This document shows positions 37,985 through 50,506 of a stretch of 64,000 bases of DNA, piece after piece; the first letter of the stretch is position 1; the number at the start of each line of letters is the position of its first letter. Both the position numbers and the translations under genes were made by a program. Source of the DNA: Squalus acanthias. Taxonomy: Eukaryota. The stretch lies in NCBI GenBank assembly GCA_030390025.1, contig CM059432.1:100938001-101002000 (forward strand). The letters are read 5' to 3'. The notes beneath the pieces are model-generated. The model ran no database searches. It worked only from the letters and a program-made list of their open reading frames with translations, and was not told where the DNA came from.

Positions 37985-40786
37985 GATTGTAATAAAAATT
38001 ACAGAGATGTGGCTGAAAGAGGGGCAGGTATGACAGCTCACCATTCCTGGTTACAGGATTTTCAGACAGGATAGAGAGGGAGGTAAAAAGGGAGGAGGGG
38101 GGGGGTGTTAAAGAAACTATTACAGCTGTGAGGAGGGATGATATGTTGGAGGGATCATCAAACGAGGCCATATGGGTCGAATTGAAAAACAAAAAAGGGG
38201 CGATCACACTGCTGGGAGTGTACTATAGACCCCCAAACAGTGAGAGGGAGATAGAAGAGCAAATATGTAGACAAATTTCTGAGAAGTGCAAAAACTATAG
38301 GGCAGTAATAGTAGGGAATTTCAACTACCCCAATATTAACTGGGATAAAATTAGTGAAGGGTATAGAGGGTGCGGAATTCCTAAAATGCATCCAGGAGAA
38401 CTTTTTTAGCCAATATGTAGCAAGCCCAACAAGGGAGGGGGTGGTTCTGGACTTAGTTTTAGGGAATGGAGCTGGGCAGGTACAAGGCGTATCAGTGGGG
38501 GAGCATTTTGGTGCTAGTGACCATAATTCAGTTAGATTTAAGGTAGTTATGGAAAAGGACAAGGATAGACCAGGAATAAAAATTCTAAATTGGGGAAAAG
38601 CAAATTTTGCTAAGCTCAGAGTGGTTTTAGCCATAGTGGACTGGAAACAGCTACTTGAAAATCAGTGTCAGAGCAGTGGGAGGCATTCAAGGAGGAGGTC
38701 CGGAGGGTTCAGACCAAATATGTGCCCTTAAAGAAAAAAGGTGGGACTAACAAATCTAGAGCCCTCTGGATGTCTAGGGACATACAGGGTAGGATAAAAA
38801 AAAAAGGGAGGCGTATGACAGATACCAAGGGCTAGGCACTGCAGAATCTTTAGAGGAGTACAGAAAGTGCAGGGGTGCAATTAAAAAGGATATTAGGAAA
38901 GCAAAGAGAGAGCATGAAAAATTCTTAGCAAGTAAAATCAAAGAAAACCCAAAGATGTTTTATAAATATATTAAGAGTAAGAGGATAACTAAAGAAAGGG
39001 TAGGGCCTATTAGAGATCATGAGGGTAATCTGTGTGTGGAGGCGGGAGACGTCGGTAGGGTTCTTAATGAATACTTTGCGTCTGTTTTCACAAAGGAGAG
39101 GGGCGAAGCAGACATTGGTATCAGGGAGGAGGAGTGTGAAATATTAGATGAAATAAACATAGTGAGAGAGGAAGTATTAAGGGGTTTAGCAGCTTTAAAA
39201 GTGGATAAAACCCCAGGCCCGGATGAAATGTATCCCAGGCTGTTAAGCGAAGCGAAAGAGGAAATAGCAGAGGCACTGACCATTATTTTCCAATCCTCTC
39301 TGGCTTCAGGTGTGGTGCCGGATGACTGGAGGACTGCTAATGTGGTACCCTTGTTTAAAAAGGGAGAAAAGGATAGACCGAGTAATTACAGGCCAGTCAG
39401 TCTAACATCGTTGGTGGGAAAATTATTGGAAAGAATTCTGAAGGACAGGATAAATCTTCATTTAGAAAGACACGGATTAATCAAGGATAATCAGCACGAA
39501 TTTGTTAAGGGAAGGTCGTGTCTGACAAACGTGAGTGAATTTTTTGAGGAGGTAACAAGGAGGGAAGATGAGGGTAGTGCATTTGATGTAGTGTATATGG
39601 ACTTTAGCAAGGCTTTTGATAAGGTTCCACATGGCAGACTGGTCACGAAGTTAAAAGCCCATGGGATCCAGGGCAAAGTGTCAAGTTGAATTCAAAACTG
39701 GCTCGGAGGCAGGAAGCAGAGGGTAATGGTTGATGGGTGTTTTTGTGACTGGAAGGCTGTTTCCAGTGGGATTCCGCAGGGCTGAATACTAGGTCCCTTG
39801 CTTTTTGTGGTATATATCAATGATACAGACTTGAATATAGGGGGTATGATTAAGAAGTTTGCAGATGATACCAAAATCGGCTGTGTGGTTGATACTGAAG
39901 AAGGAAGCTGTAGACTGCAGGAAGATATCAATAAATTGGTCAGGTGGGCAGAACAGTGGCAAATGGAATTCAAACCGGAGAAGTGTGAGGTAATGCATTT
40001 GGGAAGGGCTAACAAGGAAAGGGAATACACATTAACTGGTAGGACACTGAGTAGTGTAGAGGAACACAGAGACCTTGGAGTGCATGTCCACAGATCCCTG
40101 AAGGTAGCAGGCCAGGTAGATAAGGTGCTTAAGAAGGCATACGGAATGCTTGCCTTTATTGGCCATGGCATAGAATACAAGAGCAGGGGGGTTATGCTTC
40201 AACTGTATAAAACACTAGTTAGGCCTCAGCTAGAGTACTGCGTGCAGTTCTGGTCACCACATTACAGGAAAGATGTGACTGCACTAGAGAGGGTACAGAG
40301 GAGATTTAAAATGATGTTGCCGGGAGTAGAGAATTTTAGCTATGAGGAAAGACTGGATAGGCTGGGTTTGTTTTCCTTGGAACAGAGGAGGCTGAGGGGA
40401 GACCTTATTGAGGTGTATAAAATTATGAGGGGCCTGGATAAAGTGGATAGAAAGGACCTAGTTCCCTTAGCAGAGGGGTCAAAAACCAGGGGGCACAGAT
40501 TTAAAGTAATTGGTGGAAGGTTTAGAGGGGATTTGAGGGGAAATTTCTTCACCCAGAGGGTTGTGGGGGGTCTGGAACTCACTGCCTGAAAGGGTGGTAG
40601 AGGCAGAAACCTAACCACATTTAAAAAGTACTTGGATGTGCACTTGGGATGCTGTAACCTGCAGGGCTACGGACCAAGAGCTGGGAAATGGGATTAGGCT
40701 GGATAGCTCTTTGTTGGCCGGCACGGACATGATGGGCTGAAATGGCCTCCTTCCGTGCTGTAACTTTCTATGATTCTATGATTCTA
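37985..40786 (+). mobile_element. CR1 LINE ORF2 (endonuclease + RT), second subfamily, with stops and frameshifts
   Basis: YYRPPN, ASDHNS, NYRPVSLTS, MDFSKAFDKV, FADDTK, EYCVQFWSP; tail (ttctatga)n. Confidence 0.96.
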
Positions 40787-41521
40787 AATAGCAACCTCTA
40801 TTTTCATAAAGAGAATGCCCTAAGGTGATATGATCATAAGATGATGTTAGCAACATCAGCTTCAAGTGAAATTCTGATCAATGAAATAAGAATTTTTACC
40901 TCCACAGAAATAAAGAACAGTTACTAACACTGGGATAAAATTGTTGATGTATTCACTTAAGCTCTATACAAACCTGCCTTTTCAACACAGAGGCTCGTTA
41001 TACAACTATAAATTTTACAAGAGCAATAAAGTTGTCAAGGGATTTGAAGCATAAACAACCTTGCTGGCATTCTTACTGCATTCTTTAGATGAACTTGCCT
41101 TTCTGTGCATTGCTCTATGACACATTTTAAATCAGTAAAATAACCTCTTCAATAATTACAGGTGATCAACTGAAAGGAACAAGGCTGCTACATGAGAGCA
41201 GATTTAAATTGTAATATGAGGGACACATCACTGTGCATATCATGCGGATGGTATATACAAATTAACTATATGGACAATGTGGTTGGTATGTGCTCGTGAT
41301 ATTGTAAACATGACCGGAAGCTTTGCTCTAATCGCTATTTCTAGCAGAATCTAAAAGCGTGGGTCTATGATTTTGCTCTAAATGGAGAATGTCGGAAACT
41401 ATGTTTATGATGCTGCTAACACAGTGACCAGAGGAAATCTTCCCTATAATTAGCATTGAGCATTGCTTCTTTTACAAAACAAAAGTATGTCATTACTAAT
41501 GTTCAAATGCACAGATGTTTA

Positions 41522-41677
<156 letters not shown>

Positions 41678-41747
41678 TTAAACATGGCACTGCTAACATA
41701 AAAAAAAAAAGTCCATAAAAATGTTAAGCTTTATACTTAGACAACAT

Positions 41748-41902
41748 CGCCAGGAATTTCCTCGGCAGTTCTCCCCATGGCCGCCATAACTTCAGCAGAA
41801 GATCAGTGGAAACCCCCGATAGACACATAAATGGGGCTTCAACCCATCTCCTGCTGAAGTTACAGCAGCCGATCCCGAGAACTCCCAAGGAATTTCCTGG
41901 CA
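41748..41902. mobile_element. 155-bp palindromic MITE, TSD CAT
   Basis: cgccaggaatttcctcggcagttctc / gagaactcccaaggaatttcctggca; cat at 41745-41747 and 41903-41905. Confidence 0.82.
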
Positions 41903-42374
41903 CATAACTTCATTCATAATTTCAAAACTTTACTACGCATATATATTTGTTCAAAAGGATGCATTACAAAATAAAACATAGAATTAAAGACTTCCTATTT
42001 GATAAGTGTATGAAGTTCACTCTAGGCCTATACATTTCAATGAGAAAGGATAAAGTATTGTAAAATCTGGTGAATGAGTCGCACCCCAACTTCGGGTTTT
42101 ATGACCTGTGACCTGAAGGTACAAATTATATGTGAGTGACGATTCTTGTATTCTATGACCTGTGTGACCAATCTATTGGTCTTTGCATTAACAATACAAT
42201 AATTGTTCTTTTTTAAAACATTTTAACAGCTCCCTTCATCATCTAGAATCAGCACAGAAGGAGGCCATTCAGCCCAATGTACCTGTGCCGGCTCTTCACA
42301 AGAGATATTCAATTAGTCCCACTCCCCTGCTCTTTCCCCAAACCCCTGCACATTTTTCCTTTTTAAGTATATAT

Positions 42375-42760
42375 CCAGTGTGGAATTTAGTCAGGCAGAC
42401 TGAAGGGTACAAGGTCAGATTCCTGGGCTGTGCTGAGCTAACTGAGTTCAGCTCTGTTGGCATTAGGAGTACTACAATTGGCCTCAGCACCCCAGGTTAA
42501 GGGGTCGAAAAGAGTCAGATCCCCTGCTCCTGGTCACTAACTGGTGACCCTCTTCTAGAAAAGGCATGCTTGGTGAGAACAGGATCGGGCTCGACTGTGA
42601 TGCTCTCCATGGTAAGATAGCCTACCTACACTCACGATCTAGCCTCATACATGAATAATGGCTACTTAGATGAGGCACTGGAGGGCACACATGGAATGGT
42701 ATCCCATAGGAGTCAACACCTATGAGAAATTAAGAGATAGCGGAGAGGAAAAGGAAAGAA
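42375..42760 (+). mobile_element. SINE-like interspersed repeat (second copy on minus strand split at about 5690-5821 and 7254-7420)
   Basis: Shared blocks gacaggatc.gg, atgaa.aa.gg..actt..atgaggcac..gaggg; family not identified. Confidence 0.55.
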
Positions 42761-42875
42761 TATGTGGAATATACATTATTCCTTAATATGTTTCAACTTA
42801 TTTTGTTTGATAATTTCAACAATCACTTGCATTTTTAACACATAATAATATAAAGTATGCTTTCTTAAACTATAT

Positions 42876-43803
42876 GGGCAGGAGTTTCCGCTAGGTTGCG
42901 TTGGTTTTTTCAGTGCAATTCGCCCAAAATCGGCCAAACTAGCGCAAAAAATCGCAGAATTTCAAGTACAAATTACATTCAGCAAATCGAGTTCCTGCGA
43001 TCTTTTGTGCTCATACAAAATACGTCGCGCTGGAAGCCAGCCCCGCCCACAAAACTGGCCACACCCCCAGTTTGCATTAATCACCATGGCGAGTTTCCGC
43101 CGGTTTGCGGGTCTTCGAGGAGGCTTTTAAAATTAAGCTGTTTATTTGGGGGCGCAAGGACACTAATAGGCACATTTTGAAAGCTTTTAAATATATTTTA
43201 ATTTACTAAGAAACTAGTAAATGGTTCCGTATAGGTTTTTAAAGTCATTTTCAGTTATTTATAATCGAGTTACTCACAGGTGGTGGGCTAGACACTGATT
43301 AAAAATACTTATTTTTTGTGATAAACCCATTTTCAGATGTATTAATAAAACTGCACCAGTTTACCACTCTTAAATATATCAAGGAATATTTATTAATGCA
43401 AAAATGTATTTTTATTAAATTCCGTTCTAAAACACGGCCCGATTGCGTTGGTGATGTAAGAAAACTACTAGGCACTTGGTCTAAGCGTTAAACAAAGCTT
43501 TAATCAACTGTTTTTCAACATGGAGATCTAGTTGTGTCCTTCACTAGTTCCTGTTAAAGAATGTCCTGAGCAAGCTGGGCCCATGCCCGAGTATTTATAC
43601 TCTCCCTGGACAACGCCACCAGCAGGCCGCCCAGTATTATTTCATAAGTCATTTCCACATGAATGACAAGATTCATGTCAGTTGGTTTATAGAACATTTT
43701 ACATTCGCTGACATGCAAATGAGTTTGAGCGGAAACTTGACCAAATATAACACTTCTATAAAGCTATCGCAATTTGTGCCCAGATCGCCGATTGCGCCCA
43801 AAA
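42876..43803. mobile_element. TIR-type element, family shared with 54695-55409
   Basis: Begins gggcaggagtttccgctagg; 43190-43450 is collinear with 55005-55275; right end truncated. Confidence 0.75.
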
Positions 43804-43942
43804 TATGTGCAGTAGTAAGGGTACAGAAAATAGTAAGACTGAGCCTAAATATAAAAACTTCTGATGCAACACAAAAATAGCTCAAACATTAACATCTGGA
43901 AAGGCAGGAATTAAGGATACCTTACTGAGATATATAAAATAT

Positions 43943-44336
43943 CGAGTTCAACAATTTTAGATCATAACCTCAGCCCCTATCACATTTATATTTTATTTTT
44001 TCATCCACCCTTTTGTTTGCCCCCCCCCCTCCTTTTTTTTTCCTCCTAGAAGCTGGCAGCTGTCCTTCATTCTGCCAGTGCATTTCACACTTCTTTTAGC
44101 CTCAACCTGTCACATTAACACCACCTCTTGCCTTGATCATCTCTTAATGTCTCTTAATCTCTCCTTTTGTTCTTTCATCCCCTCCCCCTTTTCCCAGCTT
44201 TATCCTTGCCTTAAATCTATTTCATTTCCTGCTATTTCCAGTTCTGACGAAAGGTCTTCGACCTGAAACGTTAACTCTGTTTCTCTCTCCACAGATGCTG
44301 CCTGGCCTGCTGAGTTTTTCCAGCGTTTTCTGTTGT
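43943..44336 (+). mobile_element. Penelope-like 3' fragment (last codons of endonuclease + pseudo-LTR) with 12-bp TSD
   Basis: Begins NIEFNNFRS* like the end of ORF 1735-1968; flanked by tatataaaatat at 43931-43942 and 44337-44348. Confidence 0.85.
44240..44276 (+). ncRNA. Minimal hammerhead ribozyme (Penelope-type)
   Basis: AGUU-CUGACGA-A-AGGUC-UUC-GACCU-GAAA-CGUU-AACU; all core residues present. Confidence 0.82.
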
Positions 44337-44548
44337 TATATAAAATATTAAATGGTTTAGATAGTGAGAATCCAAAATAGTATTCAAAGCATTCCATGAA
44401 GTACATAGCAGCATATGCAAGTGACATGATACATTGAAAAAACCAGAAATTGAAATAATGAATAGCAAATTGAGTGCTAAATGTTTGGAGTAATCTGCCA
44501 AGCAAAGTAGCAGAGGCAAAAACATTGGGTTACTCAAAATATAATTGG

Positions 44549-44693
44549 GAACATAAGAAATAAGAGCAGGAGTAGGCCATCGAGCCTGCTCCGCCATGCA
44601 ATAAGATCATGGCTGATCATCGACCTCAACTCCACTTTCCCGCACGATCTCCATATGCCTTGATTCCCCTAGAGTCCAAAAATCTATCTATCA
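44549..44693 (-). mobile_element. CR1 3' UTR stub (similar stubs about 42243-42375, 50907-51284 on minus; 52467-52846, 63666-63821 on plus)
   Basis: gaacataagaaata.gagcaggagtaggccat tail shared with 203, 49129 and 57228. Confidence 0.85.
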
Positions 44694-45417
44694 AGAGCTA
44701 ATATACTGGAGGAGTGAGCTTCGATGGGCTGAATGGTTCTTTTCATCGCTGAATTTTCTTATTATTACAATACAAGTCTCAATCTTAAATAACATTCAAA
44801 TCTATTTGTTAAATTTGAAGAAGTAGCCAGATGTTTTCTTCTACATAATGCTATGCAGATCTTTGCCAACAGGTGAAAACAGAAATGAGCTTCATTTCAT
44901 TTCAAAGTTAACACACTTGGCTTGTAAACTCAATGATAGCTCTGTGAATGATGCACATACTAGATATTTGTCAAACAATCCACAAATGTGCAGTCAGCAA
45001 CACCCTCCATATTCCTCCAAAAACCACCACAGGTTACACAAATATGGAATAATATATAATTAAAATGCAAACTTTTGGTATCTTATCCAAACAACATTCC
45101 CTTTCACATAGATTCATCTAGTTACGGAATTCTTGACAATTTGAAGAGGTTTCATCCTCACATTATGGCACCATATTAGTCTTTCTTTTACCTATTTAGC
45201 CAGTAGGATAGCCATTATTTAGAATGCTTCTATAGATACCATGTTAAGCTGTATATGTTTTGAAATAATTTAATTTTAATCTGCAATTTTGCCAACATAC
45301 CATAACCGCCATCACCACCGAATAAATAAAATGTGCATCTTTGTTTTATATTGTAAGTAAACTTGCAACTTAAAGTAAAATTCTAAAAATATTGTAATGC
45401 ACCAAAATAACTTGATT

Positions 45418-45630
45418 AGAAAGGAAGAATTTGTATTTATAGAACTCCTTTCACAACCTCAGGATGTCCCAATGCTCTTCACAGCCAATTAATTACTTTT
45501 GAAGTGTGGTTACTGTTATAATACAGCCGATTTGTGCAGAGCAAGGTCCCACACACAGAAATAAGATAAATGACCAATTAAACTCTTTGAGTGGTGTTGG
45601 TTGAGGGATAAATGTTGGCCAGGACACTGC
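45418..45630 (-). mobile_element. 3' part of L2-tailed SINE (DeuSINE-like)
   Basis: L2-like tail (gtgaa..gc..tgggac...tataaat on minus) joined to a non-L2 body; related stub at 52577-52683 is inserted in a CR1. Confidence 0.55.
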
Positions 45631-47467
45631 TCAGGATCAAGCTGCTGTGTATAAACTCAACCAAAATTAGCATCTTTCGCTGTACTGCATTACAAAACTT
45701 TCTTGAGGTGTAAAGCCTGGAACTGACTACCACAGGAAGCCTGAACACATGCAGTGACTTGAGAGGCAATCAGGATTTGTTTTCTCTGCAGGTGTTCAGC
45801 AATTCTCCACTGCAGTTGTACACACCACAGCTGAATCAATGAACATTTCACCAATTATACTAGTTAAGTGACTTGTTACTCATTAAATGGCTTATTAGCT
45901 GCTTGAGAAAATTGATGGATCTCTGTTGCATTTACCTATGATTTGCAGTAATAAAAAATGTAGCCAATGAAATTGGATTCCCAGGAATTGCGTGTTTCAG
46001 AAGACTGTGTTTCTCCAATTTGAATAGCAGTCTATTCACTGTGACAAAAACTTCCAGGCATTTTATGATTTTTTTTTTGTTGTGGGGGGGGGGTTTGAAA
46101 ATTCATTCAAAAGCCATAAGTGTGTTATGGTCATCTCATAAAATAATTATTTATAAAAGAAATATACATAGACTTCTCTAAAGAAATCATCTTAGATTTT
46201 CCACTATGGATACAATTCAGATCCGACTGGTTAGAAATAGGTTTTTAACAGACTCAAAAAGAAGTGCACTGATTGCATCCAATTTTTCAAGTTCAGCTCA
46301 TTATCACAGCTCCAGTTACAAATTTGAATGGATGCAGGAAGCACACAAGTGGTTGAACTGTCTTTGGAAAAGCTCAAAAGGGACTGATCTTCTGCACTCT
46401 TCACCAAAGCTGTTGGGGATAAGACGCAAAAGGCAATCCAAGGTGCAGGCACGAGTCTGCAAGGCAAATGACAGAGCAGCCCAGCACCTGAATCCGTTTG
46501 ATGGTAGCTGAAGTGGAGGTACTGCTTCATGAATAGTTGAGAGGAGAGATACTCCACCATGTCAACAACTCACAGGTTAGCTTTACAGCATGTCCAAAGA
46601 AAGGTGGGAGAAACTCTGCAACTAAATCATGGTAGGCACTCAATACATCAGATTGTGTTCTTGCACCTGGACTTCAATTAATGCTTTCCAACTGCTGTTC
46701 TCCTGAGCCTCAGAACATCCGTATCAATTATACAACAGATATCTGACTTTAGCACAGTAAAGGGGTCCGTATGCAAAATCTGTGGCTTGCAAGTTACCTA
46801 GATGTCTACGACCAATGTCCTGTGGGGATGGGGCTATAAAACTATGGGGTTGATTTTGATGCAACCCTTTCATTGGGTAAAAGGCAGGCAGAGCAAGCCC
46901 ACCATTGCCTGAAGAAAACAGTTGGAGAGCTGAACGATTTTGATAGTCCGGCCTTGTTACCATATTTATGGTGAGCTGCCTATGCATTTGGAGCAACTTG
47001 TCAATCGGGGGAGGGGGGAAGGAAATCTGGCAGCTTCTCCACAAATTCAAGCTGGTTGAGCCAAGTTAAGGGAGAAAAGGAATTACTGGGTCAGGTATTG
47101 GAGGGTTGTGCATTAGGCAGGTCGATTTTTGTGGGACCAGGTGGATCATTAATAAACACGTTCCATCAACTGGTACTTGAAAATTGTAGTAGCGTCTAAT
47201 TGACGTCACAGGACACTGATCGTATTGCACGATGAGGCTTCTGCCTGTTTCCGGCCGGCGCCCTGGCTGGAACGATGGCGGGAATGGGGCTCGATTCTGC
47301 ACTCCAACTTTGAACGTGCTGCCAACCCATTCTCCCCAAAAAGCAGGGTTGGAATTTGGCCCCCATGAAGTAGAACAGTTTGGAGACATGCCTTTAAGCA
47401 CCGGGACCATTGCTGTTATTGCAGAAAATGAGAAAGACTTAATAGTGAATCACCCCCTTCCCAGAGT

Positions 47468-48698
47468 ATCATAGAAATTTATGGCACAGAAGGAGGCCAT
47501 TCGGCCCAGTGTCTGTGCTGGCTGAGAAAGAGTTATCCAGCCTAATCTCACTTTCCAGTTCTTGGTCTGTAGCCCTGTAGGTTACAGCACCTCAAGTGCA
47601 TATCCAAGTACTTTTTTAAATGTGATGAGGGTTTCTGCCTCTATCACCCTTTCAGGCAGTGAATTCCAGACCCTCACTACCCTCTGAGTGAAAAAAGTTT
47701 TCCTCAACTCCCCTCTAATTCTTCTATCAATTACTTTGAATCTATGTCCACTGGTTATTGGCCTCTCTGCTAAGGGAAATAAGTCCTTCCTATCCACTCT
47801 ATCAAGGCCCCTCATGATTTTATACACCTCAATCAAGTTTCCCCTCAGCCTCCTCCGTTCCAAAGAAAGCAACCCCAATCTATCCAATCTATCCTCATAG
47901 CTAAAATTATCCAGTCCTGGCAACATCCTCATAAGTCTCCGCTGTACCCTTTCTAGTGCAATCGCATCTTTCCTGTAATGTGCTGACCAGGACTGTACGC
48001 AGTACTCTACCTGTGGCCTAACTAGTGTTTTACACAGTACTAGCGTAACTTCCCTTCTGTATATTCTATGCCTCGGCTAATAAAGTAAAGTATCCCGTAT
48101 GCCATCTTAGCCACCTTATCTACCTGTCTTGCTACCTTCAGGGATCTGTGGGTATGCACTCCAAGGTCACTCTGTTCCTCTACACTTCTCAATATCCTAC
48201 CATTTATTGTGTATTCCCTTGCCTTGTTTGTCCTCCCCAAATGCATTACCTCACACTTCTCCGGACTGAATTCCATTTGCCACTTTTCTGCCCACCTGAC
48301 CAGTTAATTCTTCCTGCAGTCTACAGCTTTCTTCCTCATTATCAACCACACGGCCAATTTTTGTATCATCTGCAAACTTCTTAATTATGCCCCTACATTT
48401 AAGTCTAAATCATTAATATATACCACTAAAAGCAAGGGACCGAGTACTGAACCTTGTGGAACCCTACTGGAAACAGACACAAAAACACCCGTTGACAATT
48501 AGCCTTTGCTTCCTACCACTGAGCCAATTTTGGATCCAATTTGCCACTTTCCCTTGAATCCCTTTTACTTTTCTGACCAGTCTGCCATGTGGGACCTTGT
48601 CAAAAGCCTTGCTAAAATCCATGTAGACTAAATCAAACACTCTACCCTCATTGACCCTCCTTGTTACCTCCTCAAAAAATTCAATTAAGTTAGTCAGA
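47468..48698 (-). mobile_element. CR1 3' fragment, same subfamily as 37985-40786
   Basis: [41 protein letters not shown]; 3' UTR closely matches 40560-40786 in reverse. Confidence 0.94.
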
Positions 48699-49128
48699 GC
48701 TGTGTCAAAGATAAACTTGGCAGGTACCAATGCCTCAAGTAGTGATATGAATCAATAATTGAAACTGATATCTCTTGTGTTGTCCAATCAATAGTTTGAA
48801 GATGTCTTCTTGAGCTATACAAAGCAATTATACTGCACTTGGAGACACCAAATGCCATTGGATTAGCCCAATGTTCAAAATAGAGTGCACCAGATCTGAA
48901 AGTGAGTCCACTAATAACATATAATCTGTATAAAGAAGCACCACAATTCTTTCAGAAATTCCAGGAACTGGCACTTTGAGACTATCACTTATGGTGTCAT
49001 CCAACACATCATTGACAAAGACACTGAATTTGATGGATGACAGTGGACATCTTGTCTCATTCCTTTCTTGAGAGAAATAGTTTCAGTGAGGTAACAGCTG
49101 AAACAACATCATGAACAATCCTGAAGTA

Positions 49129-50506
49129 ATAAGAACATAATAACAAGCAAAAGGAGCAGGAGTAGGCCATTTGGCCCCTCAAGCCTGCTCCGCCATTCAA
49201 TAAGATCTTCTACTTCAAATCCACTTTCCTGCACTATCCCCATATCCCTTGATTCCCTTAAAATCCAAAAATCTATCGATCTCTGTCTTGAATATAGTCA
49301 ACAACTAAGCCTCCACAGACCTCTGGGGTAGAGAATTCCAAAGATTCACCACCCTCTGAGTGAAGAAATTTCTCCTCATCTCAGTCCTAAATGGCCGACC
49401 CCTTATTCTGAGACGGTGACCCCTGGTTTTAGACTCCCCAGCCAGGGGAAACATCCTCCCCGCATCTACCCTGTCAAATCCTGTAAGAATTTTGTATGTT
49501 TCAATGAGATCACCTCTCATTCTTCTAAACTCTAGAGAATATAGGCCTAGTCTACTCAATCTCTCCTCATAGGACAATCCCCCCATCCCAGGAATCAGTC
49601 TGGTGAACCTTTGTTGTACTCCCTCTATTGCAAGTATATCCTTCCTTCGGTAAGGAGACCAAAACTGTACACAATACTCCAGGTGTGGTATCACCAGGAT
49701 CCTATATAATTGCAGTAAATCGTCTTTACTCTTATACTCAAATCCTCTTGTAATAAAGGCCAACATACCATTTGCTTTCCTAATTGCTTGCTGTACCTAC
49801 ATGTTAACTTTCAGTGATTCGTGTACAAGGACACCTAGATCCCTCTGAACACCAACATTTCCCAATCTCTCACCATTTAAAAAATATTCTGCTTTTCTAT
49901 TTTTCCTACCAAAGTGGATAACTTCACATTTCTCCACATTATATTCCATTTGCCATGTTCTTGCCCACTCACTTAACCTGTCTATATTACCCTTGAAGAC
50001 TCTTTGCATCCTCCTCACAACTTACATTCCCACCAAGCTTTGTATCATCAGCAAACTTGGATATATTACATTTGCTCCCCTCATCCAAATCATTGATATA
50101 GATTATGAATAGCTGAGGCCCAAGCACTGATCCTTGCGGTACCCCACTAGTTACAGCCTGCAAACCCGAAAATGACCCGTTTATTCCTACTCTCTGTTTT
50201 CTGTCCGTTAACCAATCCTCAATCCATGCTAGTATATTATCCCCAATCCCAGGAGCCCTAATTTTGCTTAATAACCTCTTGTGTGGAACCTTATCGAATG
50301 CCTTCTGAAAATCCAAATACACCACATCCACTGGTTCCCCCTTATCAATTCTGCTAGTTACAACCTCAAAAAACTCTAACAGATTCGTCAAACATGATTT
50401 CCCTTTCATAAATCCATGTTGACTCTGCCCAATCCTATTATTATTTTCTAAGTGCCCTGTTACCATGTCCTTAATAATAGATTCTAGCATTTTCCCTACT
50501 ACTACT
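49129..50506 (-). mobile_element. CR1 3' fragment, same subfamily as 203-1517
   Basis: ORFs 49305-49766, 49797-50018 and 49987-50526 carry RT motifs nearly identical to 350-1281. Confidence 0.95.

Noticed and set aside
43612..43632. CTCF-like motif (cctgctggtggcg on minus strand)
   Set aside because: Mismatch at a core A and a single occurrence; expected by chance in 64 kb.
45780..46620. Possible ancient Harbinger transposase relic (IGFPGIAC near 45970)
   Set aside because: Only one short motif, with no IDxTH continuation and no clear termini; cannot be supported without an HMM search.
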